The notes beneath the pieces are model-generated. The model saw only the letters and a program-made list of their open reading frames with translations, ran no database searches and was not told where the DNA came from. A program made the position numbers and the translations under genes. Shown here piece after piece: positions 36,400-48,379 of a stretch of DNA of 64,000 bases. The DNA comes from Hemiscyllium ocellatum (Eukaryota), in NCBI RefSeq assembly GCF_020745735.1, contig NC_083405.1, positions 98,460,135-98,524,134 of the forward strand. The letters are read 5' to 3'. Numbering within the stretch: position 1 is the first letter of the stretch; the number at the start of each line of letters is the position of its first letter.

Positions 36400-39300
36400 A
36401 ATCTGACTGCAACTTCAGAATATTGGGCATTCTCAGGTTAGCACAGGAATGTGCAGTCTCTCTTTCTCAGGTCTTTGATACAGGTTGTACTGAGAACACT
36501 GCCATCCCTGTGATATTTTCCCAGTTGGTCATGTTGCTTTGCTAGTTTCCGTCACTACCAGAATATGGTACTGAGCAAGGTCCTTTGAAGTAGTTTGCTG
36601 CCACCAATCCTCTTTTGTCTTTGCTTTGTCTTGGGGCTATCTACTGTGTAGTAGTAGAAGGTACAACACCAAAATGTTATCAATAAAGACACTATTCTTA
36701 GATAAAAACGTTTACTGAATAAGAACAATAAACATAACTGTAATTAGTCTGGCATAATTGATGAGACTTAAGAAAGTTGGTACAGATACATCTGTTCCCT
36801 CCAAAAGGTAAAGTAGAACTTTGCGTCTCCATCCGCAAGCTGTGTGTGATATCAATAGAATAGGTAAAGTCAATATTGAATATTAATCCATTTAGAACCA
36901 TGACATTATGCAACATCTCCCCTTTAACTTTTCTCCTCAGAGTCAGTCTGTTATAAATCATGAAAGTAAGTCAATTTCACACATTACTATCTCATCTCCC
37001 ACTTCACTTCCGTCTCTAACTTGACAAATGCAAATAGTCTTGATTTTGACACTTTTCTCAGAACACATTCATTTTGTACCTAGAAAGTGCTTGGTCTCTT
37101 CCTTTAAGACTATTGATCCTTGCTCTGATCTGTCAATCATTTCTGCACTGGAGCTTCTTTGTCTCTTGGATATTCTTTGTGGAGGATATCATTCTTTATC
37201 AACCTTACTGTTGCAACATTATCTCAGCTGGAGAACCCATAATTTCCTCAATTTTCTTCCTTAAAGGCAAAAGCTCTGTTGAAATCAATACATTATTCCG
37301 TGTGGTATCCTGGATTTCAGGATTATCAATTACATTGTAATTGGAAGAGGTAATCTCTAAGACTCTGGACACTTTGACTATTAGTGGTTCAAAGCTTATC
37401 ACCCTCAGGTAGCTCATCAAGCTGGATGTCTTTAGCCACCTGTTGTGGTTGGTTTGCTCATGAAGGAAATTTTTATGGCTTTATGACTCTCTTCTGTTAC
37501 TGAAAGATTACAGCTCATTCAGTGCTCTTTCTGTTACTGGCATTGACTGTTTTATTTTAGAAGATGGAGGATTGAGCATTTCCACTAATTCTGTATAATA
37601 TGTGGCTTTCTCTATGTTGGCAATTTTAGACAGCTCTCTTGTGCCACTGTATATGATCACATTGAGCTGTTTGTCTGTTTGAGTTCTGTCATGAGTTCAG
37701 GAAGCCTAATGATGCCAACCTTTTTCTGATAATCTCTCGACTAGTTCATCAATAACAGTTTATTCATGGCCTAGTGTCTGGATAGCTGTTTATTTCTGGA
37801 TCAGTACTTCTCTGGGAGGTTGTCAATTCCCTCCAACTCCTCCTTATGAAGTTGAGGTTGAGATATGCATGCAGGCTCAAGTTTGTCAATAACAATGTCA
37901 TCTTTTTTCAGTTCTTTAATGTGTATTATATTGCACTATGTGCTTCTGAAGCTATTCCACATACACCATGTAATCGTATCTCTGTAAGCTGTAATTTCTG
38001 CTTCTTCAGCAGTAACTGATCTGTTAGGAAAGTAACACTTCCTTGATTCTTAAATATGTTATCAGCATTGCTGACGAGGCCTGCAGTTGGACTACCTGAT
38101 GGCTTGCTAGTACAGTTCAGAGGGCAGCTAAAAATCAGTCCATTATTGGGGGTCCAGAGTCATATGTATGCCAGAACAGATGAGGATGACAGATTTTCTT
38201 CCTAAAGGACAATAGTGAAGCACATGAGTTTTTACAATAGTTTCATAGCACTGTCACTGTGACTAGCTTTATTTTCCAGTTCTATCAACTGAATTCACAT
38301 TCCCATCAGGGTCATAATGGGAAGTGGATTCAGAGGATTAGACTGAGCCTCTGGACTTTTACACCACAGACAGTACCACTATGTCACCATTTCCCTAGTG
38401 TTAGGCTTCACTCTCAGGATCTGTCAATGTACCAAACATAATTTGAACAGCTTTCTCCAAAGATGAACCTTCCTTGGACTGTAAGAAATCTGACAAAACT
38501 TAAATAAGAATTCCAACAACAATTCTGTCTCTAGTAAATTCTGATTTCATAGGTCCATACTTTTCATTAATCTGTAGAGGTGAAAAGTGGATTTAGGTGA
38601 TTAGTGGAGTTGTGTACAGATTCTCCTGGAAGTTAAACACTTTTTTAAAAATCTTGTTACCATATCAAGCAGATAATCACATGGCAGCCATTGAATTATA
38701 CAAGTTCTGTCTCTCCTGGATTAGTTAATTTCCCTAGAAATGTCGCCAATTGAGTCATCTAGTCAAATGCAGGTATAATTTATAATGGTGGTGTTCTACC
38801 ATGCAGATCTCTTCATATATGTGACCACTAGTACTTCCATTGCTCTAAAATTGTGTTTTATTTCTGCACATATTCTGGAAGTGACCTACAGTTTTTCAAA
38901 TATAGTATTTCTTAGTGATGGCTGAACATGGGTCTATGCCTGTGAGTGTTTGTTGGAAGCAGAGTTGACACTGTTGTTTTTAAAATGTGTCTAGTTTATT
39001 CTCTGTGCAGGTTTGTCATATAATCCTCTAGAGAGCCCATGGTTTATAAAGTCCAAAGATTCTGTTGCCCTCTTGAGGTCTGAGAGACTTTCTGATTTAT
39101 GATTTCAGCATGATTTGAACAGCTATCTCCAAAATTAAACCTTCTTCCGGCTATAAAAATTCTGATAAAGTTTCACGAAGAATTCCAATAACAATTCTTT
39201 CTCTTATGAATTCTGGTTTCAATACTCCATATTTACAGTTTTACACCAATCGATAGAAGTAATTATCGATGTTGCCTATGACTTCTCCTGGAAGCTACAT

Positions 39301-39600
39301 TCTCTGTTAAATCTTGCTCCTTCAAGACTTCCATTTGCTCTTAAAATTTAATCATTATCAAAGTCTTTTAAGACATCTTCAAAGTTTCTATACTTCCTTT
39401 GATGTTTTGTCAGTTAATAACATCATCCATAGTCAGCCCTAATGAATATAACAGTGCAGTCACTTGCTTAGCTTAGTCTCAGTGTTTAATTTTAAAATAA
39501 TGCTGTACCTTAAGAATTGTCACTAGTATGAAATTTAGTCTTGTGTTCTGTATGGTCCTTCTCTGACCCTGAATCTGCTAGTAAGTATTACATCTTTTTG
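36400..39600 (-). mobile_element. Decayed Gypsy-like gag region with duplicated capsid segment (only 38440-39530 is well supported)
   Basis: Minus strand reads KQVTALLYSLG...ARFNR..LPGEV...YRLV*NCKYGVLKPEFIRERIVIGI (39110-39530) and LPGESV...LYRL..KYGPMKSEFTRDRIVVGI...SLEKAVQ (38440-38670). Confidence 0.7.
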
Positions 39601-41699
39601 ATTTCTTCTCAAAGTGCCAATTGATCGTAATCTGTATCATTTCAACACAGCATTAAATCTTTAAGCTTGGAGTCCTTTAATCAATAATGCTGTTTGAAAC
39701 TTGATGTCTGCAGAATTTGTTAGATGCCATACCACAGCAATGTTACAATATTTCGATTGTTTGCTAGTCTTTTTAATTCTGTTCTTCTATAATACTCTAC
39801 CAACTTCTTCAAAAATTACTTTAAATTGTATTCTTGATTATTCTGTAGTGATCTATTGCTTTCAAGCTGTGTGAATCTGTTCTTCTACATACTATGTTCT
39901 TGATCTTCTTATTAGGCTTTCCTGTCTTTTTCAGATTTTTTTTTAACTTTCAAGATAATGGCTCCTGGTTCTTCTAGGTTTCCTCACCTACTGCAGCCAA
40001 CTTGCTATCCAAGCTCATCTTTGAAAACATAATATTTTCTCACTTTTCAAAGTGTAAAACACCAAGCATTTTCTTCTATATACATTTTAAAAAATAAAAT
40101 TCCCTGGTTGTGGTTTTAATAAATCTTACTGCCAAAATCTCAAAGGCGTCTGTATTTTCTAAGTGGGGCTGGCTTTTCTCTGTTTCATGAGCTTCTTACC
40201 AGCCTCTGAATGAAGCTTTGCCTTTGGGGTGTTGAGTTTGCCTTTGTGCTGCTTCCACAGATGCTACAATTTCTCTCTGTTGGCAATTGTGCTTCAGCTG
40301 CTGACTTATTGCTCTTCTTCAAGCAGTAACATTCTTAAAGTGGTAAACTGGATTTTTTTCTCTTCACGGCCTGGGTCAGTTCTGCACCAGTGCAACTGTG
40401 TGATATTCCTCAATGATCGCTGTTTGCACTTTCTGATATTTGCCATCTTTTACAATTTGTGGTACTGGATAAAGGTTGGAGGTAGCTTCCTTTGTCTTGG
40501 GCATACTAATGATTAATGGTACAGAATACATTCTGCCGAGTACTTACAGAAGAGAGACTGTTCTGAGAAAATAACACTTATATCATGATAGCAATATGTG
40601 CAACTATATTCAGTCGGGCATAATTGCCTGGATTTTATGGAACTAGTAGAGATATGTTTAATTTGTCTAATAGCTAGAGTAGAACACCTTCTTTCCAATA
40701 ACTTGAGCTACTGAGATAAAAACTTGAAATATTTTCCACTATAATGTGGAGTGTAAATGATGCTGCATCATGATTTTCTGCTTTCAGACAAAAGCGATAG
40801 TGTGCAGATTTTCTTTTGGGATCTTTAACCTGCAATTCTTGATAGTAATGGAAGCAGTACAGCATGGTCGTGTTACCCCAAATGTATACGGCTCCGATGT
40901 GTATATTTACAAAGTTGCAATTTCCATGTCCTGTATCAATAAAACTAAAACACATATTTGAGCCATAATATCAGCATAATTGTCCCTTGATTTGCATGTA
41001 TTGCACAACTGGTAAGTATGTATACAAGCATGACCCTCTTCCATAAAGAAAATCTAGAAGAATTGAATAGCAGAATGCTTCATCACAACTTCACCGAGTT
41101 GACAGACCCAGGTAATATTCTGGGGACCCAGGCAGTTGGTTGAATTGGAATTTAATATATGAAAATCCGGAGTTAGGAGTCCAATGATGCCTCATGAAAC
41201 CATTGTTGACTGTCAGAAAAAACATCCGGTTCACTGCTATCTTTTAAAAAGGAAACTGCTGTCCTTAGCTGATCTGGCCAACATGTGACTCAAGATCTAT
41301 AGCAATGCTGTTGATCCTTGACTGCTTTCTGGGCAATTAGGGTAGGCAATATTGGGCTAGCCAATATGTCCATGTCTCATGAATGAACAAGAAAAAAATT
41401 GACCAGTCAATTGAAGCTTTAGCTTCATGCAGCTGCACTTCCTCCCAATGGAATGAGATATTTTTCAATTTTGTTTAGTCTGTAAGATATATATTGTCTT
41501 GATTTGATAATCAATTTGGTCATCTTTGTTCAAATGAAACCTCCACAAGAAGTAAATGTCTTTCACTTCCATCAGATTGCCCAGGTGACTTTCTCAAAAA
41601 CATTGATTTAAATGCCTGTAAAATCCGACAGTTGAATGCATAACATTTTTAAAAGATTAGAGATTAGCACAAACTTTAATGATCAATCCAATTTTCTAG

Positions 41700-41798
41700 C
41701 ACCCTCAGATTCAGAAAGAGTCCCAATACATCAAGTATCTGTGCTGCGATGATCCCTGGGCTCTACAACAGTGGATAACAGGGATACGAATAGGAAAG
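41700..41798 (+). CDS. APBB1IP: APBB1IP exon, PH domain end (HPQIQKESQYIKYLCCDDPWALQQWITGIRIGK)
   Basis: attttctAG acceptor, AAG|GTgagt donor, 99 nt; HPQIQKESQYIKYLCCDD is the recalled RIAM sequence. Confidence 0.96.
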
Positions 41799-42019
41799 GT
41801 GAGTGAAAATGGAAACAATGATTTTATTACTTAAATAGAGTAAGGGGGACATTAGTTAGAAAGGACTAGCATCTACAACCCTTATCTTCTAAAGTGCTTT
41901 ACTTTTTTTTTGCTATAATCTTCCCTCATTGAGCTATTCCTCTTCATCTTGTTCTCTCCTTCTGAAAATAGCATAGAACCTACTACTACTCTTGGCACTC
42001 CCAAAACCAGTTACCAAGA

Positions 42020-42262
42020 GGGTGGCACGGTGGTTCAGTGGTTAGCACTTCTGCCTCACAGTGCTAGGGAACCAGGTTTGATTCCCACCTTGTGTGACTA
42101 TCTGTGTGGATGTTGCACATTCTCCCCCCTGTCTGTGTGGGTTTCCTCTGGGTGCCTCCCACATTCCAAAAGATGTGCAGGTCAGGTGAATTGGCCATGC
42201 TAATTGCCCATAGTGTTAGGAGCATTAATCAGGGGGAAATGAGTCTGGGTGTGTTACTCTTC
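42020..42262 (+). mobile_element. HE1-type V-SINE, diverged and 3'-truncated
   Basis: gggtggcacggtggttcagtggttagcact...aaagatgtgcaggtcaggtgaattggccatgc. Confidence 0.85.
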
Positions 42263-43340
42263 ACCCCTGACCCTAACAACGTGCCAAAGGTCTTATCCAC
42301 CCTTTTGTTACCCCAAGATTCAACTTGTCCAATATACTTATCGACTGCCCCCATGTCAATTTATACAAAGTGCAACTAATGAGAAACACTGTTACCTTCA
42401 TTGTGAATGTTGTATTTCACCTATACCCTCATTACCACCACCACTTTTGTTTCTTTAACAGTCTTCAAATATCTTAATTTTAATCTCTAGAGCTCCTTTA
42501 TAAATCTACTGCATCGTGAATTCACCCTCTGCATTTAAAAAGCTATACATCAGTTATTGACCTCTATTCCTGTTCTCTTTGTGAAGCAACTTGCAATGTT
42601 TTGCTATTGTGAAGCAATTATTTTACTCACATTTTGCTTGATGCCATTGGTCTTGAATATTGGTCTACTCTGGTAAAAATGACTGACAAATTGAATTCCT
42701 AGTGGCAAAGCCTGCAATATAAGGCCAGAGCTGAATGGAGAAGGAATGAGATTATACTGAGGGCATGAGATAGGGGCTGGATTTGTAAGGGACTTAATTC
42801 AGCAGTGGTGAATGAAAGGCAAGGTTGGCAGTTTGGAATACCCACTCAAGAAAATATTGAATTTCATTTCCACAAACCCTCAACACTTACTGCCTCAGTC
42901 CCTCAACTTCCCAACCATTCACATATGCTCCCTATGTCCAGTATGAAACCTGCACCATGTCCATACGTTACACACAATCATATGTCCCATTTGTCCTTCT
43001 TGCCTCTATGGCCATTTAATGTTCATGTAACAGTACACATGCCTAACAGGTCCCTGCACACCCATAACCCACATAACCCCAATTATTCAGTATCCACCAT
43101 GCAGATTTCAGGAAGCATGTAATACCAATAGGAAGGATTTTAAATAGACATTTAAAAAGTTCTTCTAACAATCAAATAGAACTCACATTCAAAAGGTAAT
43201 TCAAATTGAAAAAGAGACTCAAGATCATTCAAAAAACTAAAATCCTTCCAGTGGTATATCAGTATTAAAATGCATCTCTTCCATTGTACAACAAAGCCAG
43301 ATCATCTTCTAATAAACTCTTAAAACTGTCAATCAATCAG

Positions 43341-43443
43341 GTGCTGAAAATCAGAGTCTAGATTAGAACGGTGCTGGAAAAGCACAGCAGGTCAGGCAGC
43401 ATCTGAGGAGCAGGAAAATCGATGTTTCGGGCAAAAACCCTTC
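43341..43443 (-). mobile_element. Solo family B pLTR fragment
   Basis: gctggaaaagcacagcaggtcaggcagcatc...tttcgggc...cccttcatca; apparent TSD atcaatcag at 43332-43340 and 43444-43452. Confidence 0.8.
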
Positions 43444-44441
43444 ATCAATCAGACTAAATAGCCATGCCCCATCTTACCATTGAAATAAATTATTTTGAAA
43501 CTCAGCCAAACATTCTTAATGGCCTTAGCTGTCAAAACAAACTCTCAAATATGTAAATAATAAAATTTAACTAAATTGCAAAAAGCCAGCCTTTGTTTTT
43601 ATAAAGTTACAACAGTTAGCCAGCCAATTAGTAGATTTGAAGAGCAGGTGGCTGTTTTCCTTCTGTCTGAGTGAATGCTCCAAATCAGCTTTTTTAAAAA
43701 TATTAATGCCTGTATACATTAACATCATTTTAAATAATTATATTAGAAGAATAGTATGAAAAGTATATGACATTGCACCACTTTATATCATTTTAATATA
43801 AAATTGGTTTTATGGAAAAAATACTTTGTTAAATACTGAAGACAAAGTCCTCCTTTAAGTGCATAAAATGTTTTTGGCTTCAGAGTGAGATGATTGTGCT
43901 GCTAAAATTTTGATCCGCAAAGTTTAAGTTTAATAAAATTTCAAATCTGAATTTTCATCAAGTCAGCTGACTTGGAAGCCCACAAAAATGGCAGTTGGGA
44001 CCCATTACTAGGAATCCCACACCAATTCCAAGTTCTGCATATTTTTACCTTCATGGGATAAAAATGAGTGTAGCCCTATTACATGCAGTATTCCCTTGTC
44101 ATTTCCTTTGGAGGGCTGGGCAGTTTAACAAATCCTGCAATTCCATATATGCAATCTCATTTCCTATAGGATCGCTAAAACTTTACCATCTCAATTTATT
44201 ATAAGGAAGGAATACAATATTGCTGTCTATGTTACTCGTAGATTAGAAAAAATATAAACTGAAAGATAGTTGTTTGGCCAGAATTTATCTGCATTAACCA
44301 AATTCACCTGTACAGCAAGGGGTTTTACCAGTACCAATATCAATGAGGAACATTGGTGAACAAAGATTGACACTGATGGATAAAGAATTTCTCTCACTGT
44401 CTCAGACATTGAGGATAATGGGTTCTCTTTTCTGTTTTTAG

Positions 44442-44556
44442 TACAATAAGACATTGTACGACAATTACAAAGTTGCAGTACAAAGGGCTGGTCTGGCCTC
44501 AAGATGGACAAACTTTTCAAATGTAGAAGCTGTCAAAACTACAAGCACCATTTCAG
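44442..44556 (+). CDS. APBB1IP: APBB1IP exon, post-PH helix (YNKTLYDNYKVAVQRAGLASRWTNFSNVEAVKTTSTIS+1 nt)
   Basis: tctgtttttAG acceptor, CAG|GTacat donor, 115 nt (phase 0 to 1); AGLASRWTN matches RIAM. Confidence 0.94.
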
Positions 44557-44914
44557 GTACATCTATGCTTTTGTTTAGTTTCCAGACTTTTTCTAATATC
44601 TGTGCATTGCTGTTGGTCTCAAATGTTTTGTGATATATCTCATTTTTATTCACAGGAAAAGAAAACCCTTTGGCTTTGATTTCATAAATAGATCACCAAC
44701 TATTACATCTCTCAATGTTTTTGGTTTGGAATAGTGAGAACTTGTATTTGTACAGCACCTTATAACATTCTGAGGGTATTCTTAGGTGTTTCATACCCAA
44801 TACATTGCTTTGAAGTACAGTTACTGTAATTAATAAGAAAACTCAGCATGGTCCCACAAATAATATGAATACAGTTATTATAATATTTTTGGTGTTGATT
44901 GAGGGTGAAACATA

Positions 44915-46365
44915 ATAGATTCATCGATTCATACAGCACTGAAAAGGCCCTTTGGCCCATCAAATCTGCAGCAAGATAGCTGCCATTAAAAATACGCTAA
45001 TCCCAATTTCTTGCATTTGTCCCATATCCTTGAAGGTTATGATAATTGAGGTGCTCATTCAAATTTCTTTTTAAGCTTGTAAGGTTTACAGTGTCCATTA
45101 CTTTCCCAGGCAGTGCATTCCAGATTTCCGCAACCAACTGAGTAAAAACATTTTCTCCCAAATCCCCTCTGAATCACTTGCCCGTTAACCTAAAACTAAG
45201 CCTTCATGTGATTGACTCCTCAGCCAAGGGAACAGCCGCTCAATATTCACCCTGTCCATACCCTTCACAATCTTATGTAACACAATCATGCTTCCCCTCA
45301 GCCTTCTATACTCTAGAGAAAACAATTCAAGCCTATCCAGGCTCTCCATATAGCTTAATTGCTCCATTCAAGGCAACATCCTGGTGAACCTCCTCTGTAC
45401 CTCCTCTAGTCACATCCTTCCTGTAGTGAGGTGACCAGAATTGCACACAGTACTCCAGCTGTGGCCTGAGCAATGCTCTGTACAATTCCAACATTACCTC
45501 CTTGCTCTTATACTGTACATCACGACTGATGAAAGCAAGTGTCCCTTAAGCTTTCTTAATTATCCTACTCATGTGCTCTGCTGACCTCAGGGATTTGTGA
45601 ATAAGATCTCTCTGTTCATCTAAGTCACCCAGTGTCCCGTTATTATTAATACTCCTTCATGTTGTTTCTTCTTCCAAAGTGAATCACTTCGGAATTATTG
45701 GGATTAAATGCCATCTGCTGCTCGTCTGCCCATCTGACCAACCCATCTATATCTTCCTGTAACCCACAACTATTTTCTTTGCTATTAGCCAGTCTAACAA
45801 TTTTGGTGTTGTCTGCAAATTTGCTTTACATTCCCCCCACATTTTCATCTGTCTCATTTATGTAAATAACAAACAATAAGGGGTCCCAGTACTGATCCTT
45901 GTGGAACAACACTGGACATCAGCCTCCAGTCACTCAAACAGCCTGCTAACACTACACTTTGTGTTCAATTATTAAGCCAGCTTTTGAACCATCTCATCAA
46001 GTTTCCCTTAATTGTATATGTTTTAACCTTCTCAATTAGAGTCCCATGTGAGACCTTGCCAAAAACTTTGTAAAATCCATATAAATCACATCAACTGAAC
46101 TTCCCTCATCCATACACGCAATCATTTTTCAAAAAATTCTAACAAATTTGTTGAGCACGACCTCACTCTGACAAAGGCAAAAGGCTGCAGATGCTGGAGA
46201 CTAGAGGTGAGAGTATGGTGTTGGAAAAGCACAGCAGGTCAGGCAACATGCAAGGAGTTTTTGCCCAAAACATTGATTTTCCTGCTCCTTGGATGCTGCC
46301 TGACAGTCTGTGCTTCTCCAGCTCCACTCACTCTGACAAAGCCATACTGACAATTCCTAATTAAC
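44915..46365 (-). mobile_element. CR1 LINE 3' part with a family B fold-back inserted at 46177-46326
   Basis: LELFSLEYRRLRG and RT remnants; insert TSD ctcactctgacaaag at 46162-46176 and 46327-46341. Confidence 0.85.
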
Positions 46366-46681
46366 CTAATTATTTGTACATTCAAGGAAATAAGCATCAA
46401 GAGCTTCATGTGAAACAGGTCACAAAAGTACTATTATGTTGGCTTAGAGTAGCTAACTAAATCCTGAAGGAAGGCTTGAATCCACAATCCACCCACAGAG
46501 CCAAATGGACATCCAACTGATGTATCAAATTAATGTTTAATGTTTGTTTCAATCATCTTCTCCTAGTAATAAATTCATCAGTACTTTCCTTTGAATAAAA
46601 AAATTCCAGTTTACTTTACTTATCATTTATTTTCTCATTTGAACCATAGTGAACAACTTATTTAGATCAGCGTGGTCAATT

Positions 46682-47911
46682 TGTTACGTCAAGACCTGGG
46701 CAAACGTCCGAATTTGTTCCAGTTTCAGACAGAATATTGCAAACTGCTAAACTCCCAAGAGTGGGGAGGGATGAATTGGCTCCTCTTCTTTATTCACCAG
46801 CCCTTTTGATTGGTTGCAACAATCTTGATTTTAAAAGATCCCTTTCCTTGTAGATATTTTTATCCTATAGCCAAATGAACCAATTTAGCTATGCTTTCCA
46901 TACATGAAAAGAATTAGTAATGCAACACAATACAACACACACAGATTAGAGATTAAGTGATTCCAAAAAGAAAAGTTAAAAGATATGCAGATCAGTCTCT
47001 GAATTGTTCAAAAAGAGAGAATGGTTAACCGTTGCAATGTAGGTTATTGGTAATGTAGACATTGGTAACTGAACATGTGATTTTTCATATTCTTGGTTTT
47101 GTAAGTTGAATGAAGTTTCTTTGTTAATTTGTTAATTAGTCTACAGCACACAGAGTGAGAAGAGTCTTTAGCTGCCATAAAGTTCTTCAACTGTGACCTT
47201 CATAACAATCTAATGCTCAACTGCAGGCTGGTACATACAATAATGTCAGTTCCATTAGTACACACCAGGACAGTTGAAATGGGCTTCTTTCTCCTTTTTT
47301 CTGTACATTCCTGGAGAGTAAACAGATATATCTATAAGAAGTGGCTTTCTGCTAAGAGGGAGTAATCATAGAATCACTTCAGAGTCGACACAAGCCAATC
47401 AGCCCAAACACTGACTTCCGAAGTACATTCCAACCAGACCCATCCCCCTACCTTAACCCTGTAACCCTGCATTTCCCATGGCTAACCCACCTAGTCTGCC
47501 CATCCCTGGACACAATGGGCAATTTAGCATGGCCAATCCACCTAATCTGTACATCTTTGGACTGTGGGAGGAAACCAGAGCACACAATGGAAACCTATGC
47601 AGACACAGGGCGAACATACAAACTCCATTGACAGTCACCCAAGAGTGGAACCAAACCCAGGTGCCTAGTGCTGTAAGGCAACAGTGCTAACCACTGAGCC
47701 ACCATGCCACCAATGATTCCTTATTATCTGTCCCTATTTTGAATTTTCCTGACAATTTAAATGTATGTTCGAATAGGACTTTGCTGGACAATCATGGAAT
47801 TTGAATTTGCAGTGTTTCTGTCACAGTCTCTCTTTTAAAAACCACACATATTGAAACTAAATTTTAAAAAAGATGCCTATGGATACGTTGTGGTTTTGAT
47901 CCATTATCACA
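46682..47911. mobile_element. Solo LTR (Gypsy-like) containing an HE1 SINE
   Basis: TGT...ACA termini; 4-bp TSD AATT at 46678-46681 and 47912-47915. Confidence 0.75.
47365..47712 (-). mobile_element. HE1-type V-SINE
   Basis: Reverse complement of ggtggcatggtggctcagtggttagcactg...aaagatgtacag...ggccatgctaaattgccc. Confidence 0.88.
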
Positions 47912-48379
47912 AATTTCATAATCTTGAAAATTTTGTTGAATTTTCATCTTGAAAATGAGACAAGTAAAATTCCTGAAATCTGGAATTTGTTTCTTTGTAA
48001 CTGGAATCAATCACGCAAAGTATGTGTTTAATGTCCTTATTGTATTGACTGGTTAGCTGCAGCCAAATCTAGTGCTAAAGAATAGTAATTGTTGATTTAT
48101 TCTATAAGGATTTACAGAAGCATTTGACATCAAAGGTTATTACGCAAAGCTGAAGCAAATGATATGGGAAATTAACAGACCATCTTTTTTGAAGATTGTC
48201 TGGCTAGCAGGAAAAAAAAGTATGCATAAATGGGGACTTTTCCTGATTAGTAGGATGTACTGAATGGGTTCTGCAGGGGTCTGAGCTGACGTACTAACTA
48301 TTTTTTATAATTTACATTAATTATTTAGTTGAGGCATAGGAACTAAATTTGCAATTGACACAGAGACAGATAGGAAAGT

